A DNA stretch of 32,000 nucleotides from Candidatus Electronema aureum (GCA_004284765.1 NQJD01000001.1:180001-212000); one strand, 5' to 3'. Counted from the stretch's first letter, positions 23,547 to 32,000 are shown. Program-made: numbers and translations. Notes: generated from the letters alone by a model not told the origin.

Positions 23547-24776
23547 TTAGTCCTGAACCTTGCCCGCCAGAGACATCTGCGCCTCAAGCGGCAGCTCCTC
23601 GCCCGTCAGCAGTTTGTTCCAATACACCCATTTGAACATCATCTTGCCCCAGTGGTTGGTCTTGGATTCGCCGAGCAGAGAGAACGGCCCAAGACCAGGC
23701 AGCGGGAACTTGCCCGGTAGCGGCTCGTACTTGTAGTTGAAGTCAATCAGGGATGCCTTGCCGAAGCCGGTCTCGATGAAGCAGTTGGAATGGCCGTCGT
23801 AATCAGGACGGATCGGCTCGCCGTTGATCTCGCGCAGGAAGTTCTCCACCATGATTTCGGCGGAGAAATGGGCGACCGAACCGGCCTTGGAGGTGGGGAT
23901 GGTCGTGTTGTCGCCGAGTACGTACATGTTCTCGTGATGCTCTGCCTTCAGGGTGTGGTTGTTCGTCTTGACATACCCGACTTCATCCATCGAAACCTTG
24001 GAGTTGACCAAGTAGCGCGCGCCGACGTTGGGCGGAATGGACACCAGCAGATCCCACTCGATTTCATCCCCGGCTGCGGAAATCAGCTTGTTGTTGGCGC
24101 AGTCAACTTCGGCGAGAATGAACTCGGCGGTGACCCGGATGTTCTTCTCCTTCATCACCTTGGTGAAGTAGGCGGAGGCCTTGGGCTTGGTGAAGGCACC
24201 AGTCATCGGGGTGACAAAGTGAATATCTATCTTGTCACGCACGCCGCGCTCGGTGAAGTACCAGTCGGCAAGGTAAACGAATTCCAGCGGCGCAACCGGG
24301 CATTTGTAGGGAAATTCGGCAATATTGAGCACCATCTTGCCGCTGTTGAAGGTGCGCAGCCGCTTCTCCAGATTCACTGCCCCTGCCAAGGTGTAGAAAT
24401 CAAATATCTTGGTCTGCCAGCCGTCCATCATGCCGGGAATTTCCTGCGGCGCGAGGCTCACGCCGGTGCAGACAATGATCTTGTCATATTCATATTTGCC
24501 CGCTGTGGTTTCCACGGTCTGCGTCGCAGTGTCAACGCCGACAATCTCATCCACAACAAAGTTGATTCCTTTGCCGATGAACTCGCTGCGCGGGCGGACA
24601 AGCTCCTCCGCCTTGTACATGCCAAAGGGGACAAAAATCAGGCCGGGTTGATACACATGCCGGTCGTCTTTGTCAATGATTGTGATCGACCACTCGTTGC
24701 GGTCCAGCCGCTTGCGCAGTTTGTTGGCAACCATCGTCCCTGCGCAACCTGCGCCAAGAATCACTAACTTTTTCAT
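23547..24776 (-). CDS. NAD(P)/FAD-dependent oxidoreductase, sulfide:quinone-oxidoreductase-like
   Basis: I moved the start to ATG 24776 (track M23; SD GGAGAA). The N-terminal dinucleotide fold is KKLVILGAGCAGTMVANKL. It also has KCPVAPLEF and LGDNTTIPTSKAGSVAHF, as in the SQR/FCSD-type pyridine-nucleotide-disulfide oxidoreductase family. Confidence 0.75.
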   Translation of the reverse strand: MKKLVILGAGCAGTMVANKLRKRLDRNEWSITIIDKDDRHVYQPGLIFVPFGMYKAEELVRPRSEFIGKGINFVVDEIVGVDTATQTVETTAGKYEYDKIIVCTGVSLAPQEIPGMMDGWQTKIFDFYTLAGAVNLEKRLRTFNSGKMVLNIAEFPYKCPVAPLEFVYLADWYFTERGVRDKIDIHFVTPMTGAFTKPKASAYFTKVMKEKNIRVTAEFILAEVDCANNKLISAAGDEIEWDLLVSIPPNVGARYLVNSKVSMDEVGYVKTNNHTLKAEHHENMYVLGDNTTIPTSKAGSVAHFSAEIMVENFLREINGEPIRPDYDGHSNCFIETGFGKASLIDFNYKYEPLPGKFPLPGLGPFSLLGESKTNHWGKMMFKWVYWNKLLTGEELPLEAQMSLAGKVQD

Positions 24777-25005
24777 CTTGCCTTTCTCCGTTGAACATTC
24801 TGTAGAGCTGACCAATATAATTGCGCCTTTCACGCACGACATCTCACCTAAAGCTATCGTATATCACAAAGCAGCTTGCCCCGTCAAGGCTGATTTGCCA
24901 CGGCGTGGCATTGTTCGCTGCGAAGCATCCTGAAGCCTGGAGATTACAACTTGTTTATTTTACTTATTGTCTCAAGCTGAAGGCGTTTCAGTCTGCTGAA
25001 AAAAC

Positions 25006-25034
25006 AAAAAGGCAGACCAACGCCTGCCTTTTTT
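25006..25034 (-). terminator. Rho-independent terminator after the hicB-like gene (symmetrical A/T flanks, so possibly bidirectional)
   Basis: AAAAA-GGCAG (25011-25015), loop accaacgc, CTGCC (25024-25028), then TTTTTT (25029-25034). The minus-strand version also ends in a U run. Confidence 0.55.
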
Positions 25035-25130
25035 CGAGAGAGATACAAACAGTCAGCCTTGCTTTCTGAAACCCAACCTCCCTTCCGGCAATTCCAAGGC
25101 CAGCGGGTCTTCGATCTGCTTGTCAATCCA

Positions 25131-25346
25131 TCACGCAAAAGCTAAACGGCGGCCTTTGGGAACGGGAATCGGCTCATTGCATTCTTCGGCAGTTTTGAGC
25201 CACAAGTTCATTGCCTCTTTAACATTTGCCAAAGCTGAGTCGTATGTGTCGCCGTGCGCCATGCAGCCAGGAAGCTCTGGGATATCGGCAATAAATGCCA
25301 TGTCCTCATCGCTCCAGTAAATAATAACTTCATATTTAGCGATCAT
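25131..25346 (-). CDS. hicB: HicB-like antitoxin (UPF0150 fold)
   Basis: I set the start at ATG 25346 (SD GGAGAA; the track start is a TTG). The sequence YEVIIYWSDEDMAFIADIPELPGCMAHGDTYDSALANVKEAMNLWL fits the HicB_lk_antitox pattern. Confidence 0.8.
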   Translation of the reverse strand: MIAKYEVIIYWSDEDMAFIADIPELPGCMAHGDTYDSALANVKEAMNLWLKTAEECNEPIPVPKGRRLAFA

Positions 25347-25582
25347 TTTGTTCTCCAAGCCGGTATTTCAGGATGAGATTACGAATTTGCCTGACCTGAT
25401 ACGGTTTCGCCTTGCTGCCGTCTTTCTGTAAATTCGGCTTTTCCTCGATGCCATCTTTCCGAAAAATGTGGTGGCTGCCAAAGATGCGCAATTCAAAACC
25501 TAAGTAAAGCAGCAGGTTGACTAACTCTGAGAATGAAATGTTGGCATCGCTACTGGTTAAAGACCCTCAGAACAATTCTCAT
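25336..25582 (-). pseudogene. hicA: HicA-like toxin lacking an intact reading frame (probable +1 frameshift at a G run)
   Basis: Frame A (25566-25336, 76 codons) has no ATG, GTG or TTG. It reads GSLTSSDANISFSELVNLLLYLGFELRIFGSHHIFRKDGIEEKPNLQKDGSKAKPYQVRQIRNLILKYRLGEQNDR, which is the HicA GSHH / KPYQV pattern, and it is preceded by an in-frame TGA. Frame B has ATG 25582 and reads MRIVLRVFNQ-TAG. Deleting one G of AGGG (25567-25564) would join them into an 81-aa protein. Confidence 0.5.
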
Positions 25583-25606
25583 GGTACGCTGCTCCCGTCA
25601 GCCTGT

Positions 25607-25639
25607 CAAAACAAAATGGGGCAGACGCAAGGTCTGCCC
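25607..25639 (-). terminator. Rho-independent terminator downstream of the giant surface-protein gene
   Basis: On the minus strand: GGGCAGAC (25639-25632), loop cttgc, GTCTGCCC (25626-25619), followed by CATTTTGTTTTG. It lies about 92 nt after the stop at 25731. Confidence 0.6.
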
Positions 25640-25730
25640 ATTTGGGCGTGGCGAGAAAAAATCGACACCAGTCAAGTCTGTTTCAGCATCGCCGCGCAGG
25701 AGTTAAAGACTGCGTGAGCAAACAGCGATT

Positions 25731-28700
25731 TCAAGGAGATATTTCACCACAGGGCGTAACTGTTCCATCCCTGCCGATGATAACAGAATTCCCCGTTGCT
25801 GTTTCAGCAAGCACCAGCTTGTCGCCCGGCTCTGCAAAGCCTTGGAAGCTGCCGTCTCGGTCATAGACTGCGGCGCAGGAGGTGTTGCTTGTTGCGGTGT
25901 TTTCTGCTGCGTCGATGGTGAATGCCACTGGATATTGATTGCAGGTGCCGATAAACATTAGATTGCTGTCCTGATTAAAGCTCATGGCCCGGCCAAGATC
26001 ATCGGATACGCCGCCGCCTTGGCGCAGCCATTCTGGTGTGCCGTCGGCGTGGTATTTGATCATGAACAAATCACTCTCCCCGAAGCTGGTCAGGCTTTTA
26101 AAGACGGTATCTGCGTCATAAAAATCACAGGACTGGCGGAAGTCTCCGGCAACATAAACCTGTCCTGCATCATCCGCCGCAACAGCTCGGCCTGTGCAGT
26201 TGCTGGTGCCGTTTGCCTTCTGCGCCCAGCGGACATCACCGCTGTCCGCCCTGAATTCGGCAACGAAGAAGTTTGTTGCATCGCCGGTCGTCAGGGTGAT
26301 GGGAGATGTGCCGCTGAAGGTGATTGAGTCCTCGTAATAACCGGTTGCCAGCACAGAATCCGCGCCTTTTGCTGCGACAGACAAGACACTGCCTGACCCG
26401 CCGTCAACCTGTTTGGCCCAGACCAAAGTTCCGTCCAACGTGTATTGAGCAATAAATGGATCCGTATTGCCATCTATAGAATTCAAGGTGGTGGCCGATG
26501 CGCCGCTGCCCAAATTCAGGGTGCCGGTAAACATGCCGCCGATATGCAAACGGCCCGCCGCGCTGTCCACAGCCAGACTTTCTCCGTAGTCATCCCACTG
26601 TCCACCTGCCCGTTCCGCCCATGCCAGCGCACCGGCAGGAGTGTATTTGGCTACAAAAATGTCATGAGCGCAACCGGGTTCTCCGCTTAAAGTTTTAGCG
26701 ACAGCAGTTCCATTGAAGAAATTCATTTCAGAATAATACGAGCCGCTGAGATAGAGATTGCCTGTCGTGTCTACTGCGGCCTTGGACTCGATAATACCAT
26801 ACTCGCTTGAGATGGCCTTTCGTGCCCAGAGTAACTCACCAGAAGCGGTGTACTTTGCAATGTAGAGCGCATGTTTTTCGGTAGGTGCAGTCAGGGTGAC
26901 AGGTGCATCCGTTCCCAGCGTGATGCTGCTTTGGAAGGTACCCACCGCAAAAATATTTCCTGCGTCATCACGGGCTAACGCTTGGACACCTGGAGGCAGC
27001 GCCCATGAATCGCAGTTGACCTTCTCTTGCACCGTGACATACACGCTTGCAGAGGAGGTGCCACGGCTTGGACTTTTCACCGTGTACGTCAAGGAGTCTG
27101 AGCCGGTGAAGCCGAAGTCCGGCGTATAGGTCAGCGTGTTGTCTCCGTTGATTAAAGCCGTGCCGTGGGCTGGGTCGCTGACGGCAATGACCTCCAACGT
27201 TTCGCCTGCTGGCGGATTGTCATTTGTCAGCACCGCAATGAGCACTGCAACGTTTTCTTTTGTGACCGCCGCATCATCCACGGCCAGAGGCGTTTCCGCA
27301 TTTGCATCAGCAATGGTGAAATATCCGTCGCTCAGGTCAGTGGTTGCCGGATCTGCGGAATGCGTCACTCTGATTTGATAATCTCCGCCTTCGGAAAGAT
27401 CGGCTGGGACATGCCAAGAATAGCTGTTGTCGGATGCGCTGACTGTTTGAACGGCTTGCTCAATGCTTCGATAAAAGTTGCCCGCCTTGAGCAGGTCAAT
27501 ATTCACCGTGCCGTTGAAACTGCTTTTCCAGATGATGTTTCGATTTGTGCCAAAACCGAAGACATCGCCATTGACCGGAGAGAGCACAGTCAAAGTTTCT
27601 GGCCATGTGATGCTGAAGCGGTCGCTGTCATCAAAGATTGAACTGTCTGCATTGCTGGTGATCTTGATCCAGTAATGATCTTCCGGCTGAAGTTCCGGTA
27701 CAGTCCAAGTATAAGAACCAGTGTTCGCCGCCGCCGTCGCAATGGTTTGATTGAAGCTGACGCTCTTATACAGATCAATCTTGACTGTGCCGCCAATATT
27801 GCTGGTCCATTGAATGGTCTGCTGTCTGTCGGACAGCCAAGACGTTGCGGCATTGGGTGTGAGCACGGTCATGCTTTGATCAGCAGCAACCTGAATGCTG
27901 ACCGAAGCCTGGTTGTTGCTTTCGTTGGCTTCCAGCACATTGTCGGCATAATCGGCATAGAAGATGATATACTGCTGACCAACGGGCAGGTTTTTGGGAA
28001 GGGTCAGAGTTTGTGAAAAAGACTGGCTCTGGCCGGGCAGCAGGGAACCGAAATAATCTGTACTCAGCAGGATGTCTGCGCTGTCCCAAGCGGCATCAGC
28101 GGAGAGATAATAACCGATACGTGAGGCAGCCAAAGTGCCGGTGCCGCCGATGTTGGTCAGAGTTGCATTGACGGTGACGCTTTGACCGGGAGCGACATTT
28201 CCCGGAGAAACCCTCGGATTGCTGACAGCCAGATCAGCGCCCGTTCTCACCTCAATGCGGACAGCCGCCGCATTGTTGCCTTCATTGGCCTCAGCAACAG
28301 TGTTTTGGTCATCTGCCCGGAAGATCAAGTGATAATCCCCGGAAGCCAAGTGTGCCGGAATGGTGATTTCCTGTTCAACAAAGGCGTTGCGTCCGTCAAT
28401 GATGCTGCTGAACTGTTGCCTATACAGCAGAGTGTCTGCCGCATCCCACGTGCTGCCGTTAGTGGAAAGATAACAGGCTAATGCGGATGCGTCTGCCGGG
28501 CCGCTGCCGATATTGGAAACTCTGGCCCGTGTCAATGTTGTTGCGCCCGGCCCAAGCTGGAAGGGTTTGGCTTCAGCAGTGTCAACGATCAGGTCAGCGG
28601 CACCTTTGTTATGGTTGCCGGGGCCGGGGCAAGTGGCTTTCAGGAGCCAATCCACCAGCCATTTGCCATAGAGATCTTCGCGCTGTTCAATGCTGATGTT

Positions 28701-29453
28701 CTGATTTGTGCTGAAACCAGCGTTGAAGTAAATATCAATATTGCCGTATCCGGCATGATAAATTTCACTTTTTCCGATCAATCGGGTCAGGGCGGCATCT
28801 TTATAGATATTCACTGCCGTGCCGTTGACAAGGAGTCTGACTGTGCCGCTTGATTTCCAGAGCAGATTGCCGGTTGTTGGCTGGATGCTGACATGGCCGA
28901 CTGGCACAGCGTCAGCAGTTGTTTCTATTGTCAGGCGATAGGTGGCGTGGTATTTATTCTGCCAATCTTGGGGGCTGACTCTGTATGTGCAATTTTGGAG
29001 AACTGGGGGATTTCCTTTGCCGTTTGTTGCGCCGAGTACGGTGAGGGTGAATTTGTCGGTTCCCACGTAGCCGAGGGTATCGCCGACTTGGGCGGTGATG
29101 GTGACATCGCCCGGTGTGTTTGGGGCAGTGTAGGTGACGGTGCTGTAGTCGGGGTAGCTTGGGTGCAGGGTGAAGGTGCCTTGAGCAGCGTACCAATAGA
29201 AAAACGGCTCGCCGTTGTGTTTAGTATCTACTGTGGCGTAAGCGGTCAGGTCAACGGTTTCGCCGGGTTTGATTTTGTTGAGGCTTTCAATGCGTACTGA
29301 CGGGACCTTTACGCCGGGAACGGGCATTTGCTGTTCGTAATTATTGCCTATCCTATCAGCCAGACTCTCATTTCCAAGAAGTAGTGCAATCAATACGGTA
29401 ATGAGAGATATTGAAATTAACAAAAATTGTGTAGGATTTTTTCTATAATTCAT
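25731..29453 (-). CDS. giant secreted or anchored multidomain surface protein: 2x CARDB, 2x Kre9/GPI-anchored-like Ser-Thr-rich domains, a cadherin-like/VCBS domain, and a C-terminal SBBP beta-propeller
   Basis: I moved the start to ATG 29453 (track M19; SD AGGGA), giving 1240 aa. N-terminal anchor FLLISISLITVLIALLLG. Approximate domain coordinates: CARDB units at 28601-28248 and 28241-27885 (ADL-V..., NIG..., EANEGNN/EANESNN); paired beta-sandwich units at 27872-27606 and 27596-27312 (QTIQWTSNIGGTVKIDLYK / RNIIWKSSFNGTVNIDLLK); cadherin-like at 27296-27027 (PLAVDDAAVT...LTNDN...TYTP); and about 8 SBBP repeats at 26975-25818 (YIAKYTASGELLWAR, IFVAKYTPAGALAWA, FIAQYTLDGTLVWAK, FVAEFRADSGDVRWAQ, LFMIKYHADGTPEWL). 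Confidence 0.75.
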   Translation of the reverse strand: MNYRKNPTQFLLISISLITVLIALLLGNESLADRIGNNYEQQMPVPGVKVPSVRIESLNKIKPGETVDLTAYATVDTKHNGEPFFYWYAAQGTFTLHPSYPDYSTVTYTAPNTPGDVTITAQVGDTLGYVGTDKFTLTVLGATNGKGNPPVLQNCTYRVSPQDWQNKYHATYRLTIETTADAVPVGHVSIQPTTGNLLWKSSGTVRLLVNGTAVNIYKDAALTRLIGKSEIYHAGYGNIDIYFNAGFSTNQNISIEQREDLYGKWLVDWLLKATCPGPGNHNKGAADLIVDTAEAKPFQLGPGATTLTRARVSNIGSGPADASALACYLSTNGSTWDAADTLLYRQQFSSIIDGRNAFVEQEITIPAHLASGDYHLIFRADDQNTVAEANEGNNAAAVRIEVRTGADLAVSNPRVSPGNVAPGQSVTVNATLTNIGGTGTLAASRIGYYLSADAAWDSADILLSTDYFGSLLPGQSQSFSQTLTLPKNLPVGQQYIIFYADYADNVLEANESNNQASVSIQVAADQSMTVLTPNAATSWLSDRQQTIQWTSNIGGTVKIDLYKSVSFNQTIATAAANTGSYTWTVPELQPEDHYWIKITSNADSSIFDDSDRFSITWPETLTVLSPVNGDVFGFGTNRNIIWKSSFNGTVNIDLLKAGNFYRSIEQAVQTVSASDNSYSWHVPADLSEGGDYQIRVTHSADPATTDLSDGYFTIADANAETPLAVDDAAVTKENVAVLIAVLTNDNPPAGETLEVIAVSDPAHGTALINGDNTLTYTPDFGFTGSDSLTYTVKSPSRGTSSASVYVTVQEKVNCDSWALPPGVQALARDDAGNIFAVGTFQSSITLGTDAPVTLTAPTEKHALYIAKYTASGELLWARKAISSEYGIIESKAAVDTTGNLYLSGSYYSEMNFFNGTAVAKTLSGEPGCAHDIFVAKYTPAGALAWAERAGGQWDDYGESLAVDSAAGRLHIGGMFTGTLNLGSGASATTLNSIDGNTDPFIAQYTLDGTLVWAKQVDGGSGSVLSVAAKGADSVLATGYYEDSITFSGTSPITLTTGDATNFFVAEFRADSGDVRWAQKANGTSNCTGRAVAADDAGQVYVAGDFRQSCDFYDADTVFKSLTSFGESDLFMIKYHADGTPEWLRQGGGVSDDLGRAMSFNQDSNLMFIGTCNQYPVAFTIDAAENTATSNTSCAAVYDRDGSFQGFAEPGDKLVLAETATGNSVIIGRDGTVTPCGEISP

Positions 29454-29503
29454 ATCTGTATCCCTAATAGAAAGAAATAATCTGATAAAATTCCGAATAG
29501 ATC

Positions 29504-32000
29504 TCAATGGGTTATCGACCGATAGAGTGTATAGGCATCATAAACGGCTTTCACTGTTTCTTGTCGTGAAGCAGGAATTTCTTTATTCATCTCATCTACT
29601 ATATCGGAGACATTAGAGATAGATATGAACTTTAAACCATTATAAAATGGTTTAATTGTAAGCTGGTTGGCTTTGTCTATGTACCGATAAAACCAGTAGT
29701 ATTCGATTGATCTATGTGCGACTGTTCCTGGGCCTGTCATAGCAATTCCAAGAGCAGGACCTGTAGAAACTGGTTCTAATGGAAAAAAGGTTAATACAAC
29801 CATCTTGAGCATTTCAGCTCTACTTACAATTTTTCCCGGAAGAAATGGACCTGGTGAGTATCCCTCTGTTCCATCAGGATAGCCACTGACCGCGCCGTAA
29901 CCGAATAGTTTCCCAATGTATTTTTCATACCACTCTTCTGTACCAATTATATCACCGAACTGTTCGGATAATTGCTGGTGTGTTGTAGGCTTCAGTACCA
30001 GCTTTATTCCGGCTGCTTCTGCTGCCTCTACTATTATCTTGGAAGCTTCAGCTCTGTTGAGATGATCATGAGGTTTGAACGTCCCATCTGGATGACCTTG
30101 AATAATGCCTTTTTCGTATAAACTGGCTATTGCGTTGATGTACGGATTACGCTGATTAACATCAGGGAATATCTCTTTGTTAAGGCTGGATAGTAAGAAA
30201 TTAGATGGAGCGATTTGAGAAGCTATTGATAGAAATAGAGGTTCCAACCTGAGTTCGTTCCCCTCTAACTCCTGATCATCTGGCCAAAAACTTATTCCAC
30301 CAGTTGTTAATGCTGAGTTTATATAAGACTTGCGATCAGAATTATTCTCGAAGCCAGTTTCATGAGGCGAGTTGTATTCAAGTAAACTGTCGCTGCCTTC
30401 CTCAGAGTAAGCTCCACTCTTCATGCGGTCATGATGATAGTCCATAAAAAGCACATGAGTTGCATACCCATCGCCCTCGTATTCGTTGTCACTATATCGA
30501 AATATTTTTATGGTTGAGTTGCCATTATCAAGCCCTTCCTCTTTCCATGGGGCATACATAGTTACTTGGTTTGATTGTGACTGTTGTACCAATTCGTCAA
30601 ATGAATATCTTAAATCTAACAATTGTCCACTAATTGGTACCGGCCCATCGTTTAGGTATCCGTAATGTCCACGAAAGAGTGGGTTGAAATCAAAAAGCTC
30701 ACCAAGGTGCTGAACACCATCTTCTGCCACTCCCATTATAATATTACTCCAACCATCTGTTACATGGTTGTTTTCATTCCCGCCATTTGCATTAATAGCT
30801 CCAAAGAGTATCAGCTTACGTTTGTAATCATTTGGCATATCCTGATATTTTAAACTGATAATGGTAAGCCAAGGGTTTGGTGTTAAAGGTAAAACAGCAT
30901 CTATTGACCAATTTCTGTTTAATGGGCTTAGAGTTCCTATTAAATATTCATATTCAGCGTTTTCTCTTATTTTAAAAACTGGTAATGTTATATTTTTCCC
31001 CTTTTCTTTGAATCCCATTTTTAACTCACTTATTTCTTTTCTGAAAAACATATCAAAATTATATGTTTCATTTATACGAAAAGATGTTTCGTTAAAAAAT
31101 GGAGATGGCATTCCTTTAACCTTTATATTTCCATAAAAAAAATCTACAGAATCATCATTACTATTATATATATCCATCTGTTTAATACCCAATTCTCCTA
31201 CAAGATCGACATTTGCTACTCCAAAATTATTTGTAATATCTTCAAATACATTCCTACTTATTGCAGAATTGAATATAGCATCATAATTATCCCATTGAAT
31301 ATCGTTGGCACCTAATGTGTATAAATCTCTTCCAGCTATTGGATTTGTATTACCTGAAACCCATCCTGGAACAGCAGCAGGACTTCCATGATGAACTCCG
31401 TCCAAGAGAATTATCTTTTCTGCATAATCAGGGGAAAGCTTGTGTTCTTCAAAGGCAGACCTGACGAGAATGGTACCCATGCTATGCGCAACAAATATCG
31501 CACCATTTTTCTTTTTAAAGTGTTCTCTCAGCTCAGGGATTGCATTCTCAGAACGTAACATATTTTTCAATATTGCAGCATTGAACGTAACGTGCTTATA
31601 GCTTGGGTATTTATATACATATATTTTGAAGCGGCTTTTAAGGTTATGGTACTGTGTGAAAAATTCAATGAAGTTTTTCCAATATTCTTCAGGGCTCAAC
31701 TCAACATCAGTTTGTGCGTACGGGTTAGCGGTGTCGTTGGCCCCTTGCCACCCATGTACCAATATTATCGGAGTACGATCTCCCAATTTCTTGCCCGTCT
31801 CTGTCGGAAGAAGCTCCCCTTTTATTTTATCTGCTAACGTAGGGTGTTGATCTTTTAAGGAAAAATAATAGTAATCTTCAGGTGAATACAGATAGTGAGT
31901 CTTGGTGTTGGATATATATTTGTATTCTCCAGTTTTTTCAATTCTTTCATATTCTTCTGGTGGCCAGTTGTTAAAAATTCTGTAGTCATCTACCTCGTTA
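29504..32000 (-). CDS. alpha/beta-hydrolase (lipase/esterase-like) with two C-terminal SLH domains; 5' end lies outside the window
   Basis: The frame stays open from the track start (31786, a TTG) to the window edge (translated by hand: ...NEVDDYRIFNNWPPEEYERIEKTGEYKYISNTKTHYLYSPEDYYYFSLKDQHPTLADKIKGELLPTETGKKL-GDRTPIILVHGW). Oxyanion region IILVHGWQG and nucleophile elbow AHSMGT. SLH units: FPDVNQRNPYINAIASLYEKGIIQGHPDGTFKPHDHLNRAEASKII and YEKYIGKLFGYGAVSGYPDG...GKIVSRAEMLKMV. AT-rich (line 31141: 16/60 G+C). Confidence 0.75.
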   Translation of the reverse strand, partial: NEVDDYRIFNNWPPEEYERIEKTGEYKYISNTKTHYLYSPEDYYYFSLKDQHPTLADKIKGELLPTETGKKLGDRTPIILVHGWQGANDTANPYAQTDVELSPEEYWKNFIEFFTQYHNLKSRFKIYVYKYPSYKHVTFNAAILKNMLRSENAIPELREHFKKKNGAIFVAHSMGTILVRSAFEEHKLSPDYAEKIILLDGVHHGSPAAVPGWVSGNTNPIAGRDLYTLGANDIQWDNYDAIFNSAISRNVFEDITNNFGVANVDLVGELGIKQMDIYNSNDDSVDFFYGNIKVKGMPSPFFNETSFRINETYNFDMFFRKEISELKMGFKEKGKNITLPVFKIRENAEYEYLIGTLSPLNRNWSIDAVLPLTPNPWLTIISLKYQDMPNDYKRKLILFGAINANGGNENNHVTDGWSNIIMGVAEDGVQHLGELFDFNPLFRGHYGYLNDGPVPISGQLLDLRYSFDELVQQSQSNQVTMYAPWKEEGLDNGNSTIKIFRYSDNEYEGDGYATHVLFMDYHHDRMKSGAYSEEGSDSLLEYNSPHETGFENNSDRKSYINSALTTGGISFWPDDQELEGNELRLEPLFLSIASQIAPSNFLLSSLNKEIFPDVNQRNPYINAIASLYEKGIIQGHPDGTFKPHDHLNRAEASKIIVEAAEAAGIKLVLKPTTHQQLSEQFGDIIGTEEWYEKYIGKLFGYGAVSGYPDGTEGYSPGPFLPGKIVSRAEMLKMVVLTFFPLEPVSTGPALGIAMTGPGTVAHRSIEYYWFYRYIDKANQLTIKPFYNGLKFISISNVSDIVDEMNKEIPASRQETVKAVYDAYTLYRSITH

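Noticed and set aside
24944-25138. Small ORFs in the 24843-25130 intergenic region (for example 24944..25138, 64 aa, and 24821..25069).
   Set aside because: They span the bidirectional terminator hairpin, have odd Arg/Lys/Trp-rich composition, and lack an SD.
29454-29507. Upstream 18-codon extension of the giant protein ORF, reaching the stop of the SLH-hydrolase gene.
   Set aside because: ATG 29453 is preceded by an AGGGA SD and starts directly at the charged n-region and hydrophobic anchor. The extension adds only MRSIRNFIRLFLSIRDTD.

Overview
This 32-kb window looks chromosomal and is more than 90% coding. All but four genes are on the minus strand. The background is G+C-rich: hand counts of sample 60-nt lines give 36/60 and 39/60 G+C. 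At least four visibly AT-rich inserts interrupt it, with sample lines of 15/60, 16/60 and 22/60. The gene content suggests a sulfur/selenium-metabolising diderm anaerobe; Desulfobacterota-like is only a guess.

Content from left to right:
- a partial GT1 glycosyltransferase, then mnmA;
- a spherulin-4-like secreted protein and an adenylosuccinate-lyase/fumarase-superfamily enzyme;
- an orphan low-GC gene followed by an eight-unit, 23-bp-phased palindrome array;
- a tightly packed operon: DUF3343 Se/S-carrier-like, YjeF_C-like kinase, hicB, hicA, dgkA, JAB/MPN-like, Glu/Leu/Phe/Val dehydrogenase;
- a vapBC-like pair whose PIN toxin is frameshifted, then an AT-rich SAM methyltransferase;
- a six-gene operon ending in a YedE-family channel, with two orphan periplasmic binding proteins, two TPR proteins and a beta-helix protein, but no ABC or TRAP membrane partner;
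- an SLC13 permease and a lone Wzz/GumC-like protein;
- two paralogous secreted Met/Gln-rich proteins, one built from 138-bp tandem repeats;
- a tyrosine integrase with small low-GC cargo, then DUF1641 plus an SQR-like flavoprotein;
- a second hicAB whose toxin lacks an intact frame;
- a 1240-aa CARDB/cadherin-like/SBBP surface protein and an AT-rich SLH-anchored alpha/beta-hydrolase that runs off the right edge.

I saw no rRNA, tRNA, CRISPR array or IS transposase. The best candidates for undescribed biology are the ATPase-less SBP + YedE operon (11531-16251), the Met/Gln-rich periplasmic protein pair (19195-20384), the 23-bp phased array with its orphan gene (4452-5743), and the SLH-lipase plus giant adhesin module (25731-32000). 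All functional calls rest on motif recognition by eye. No database search was run.
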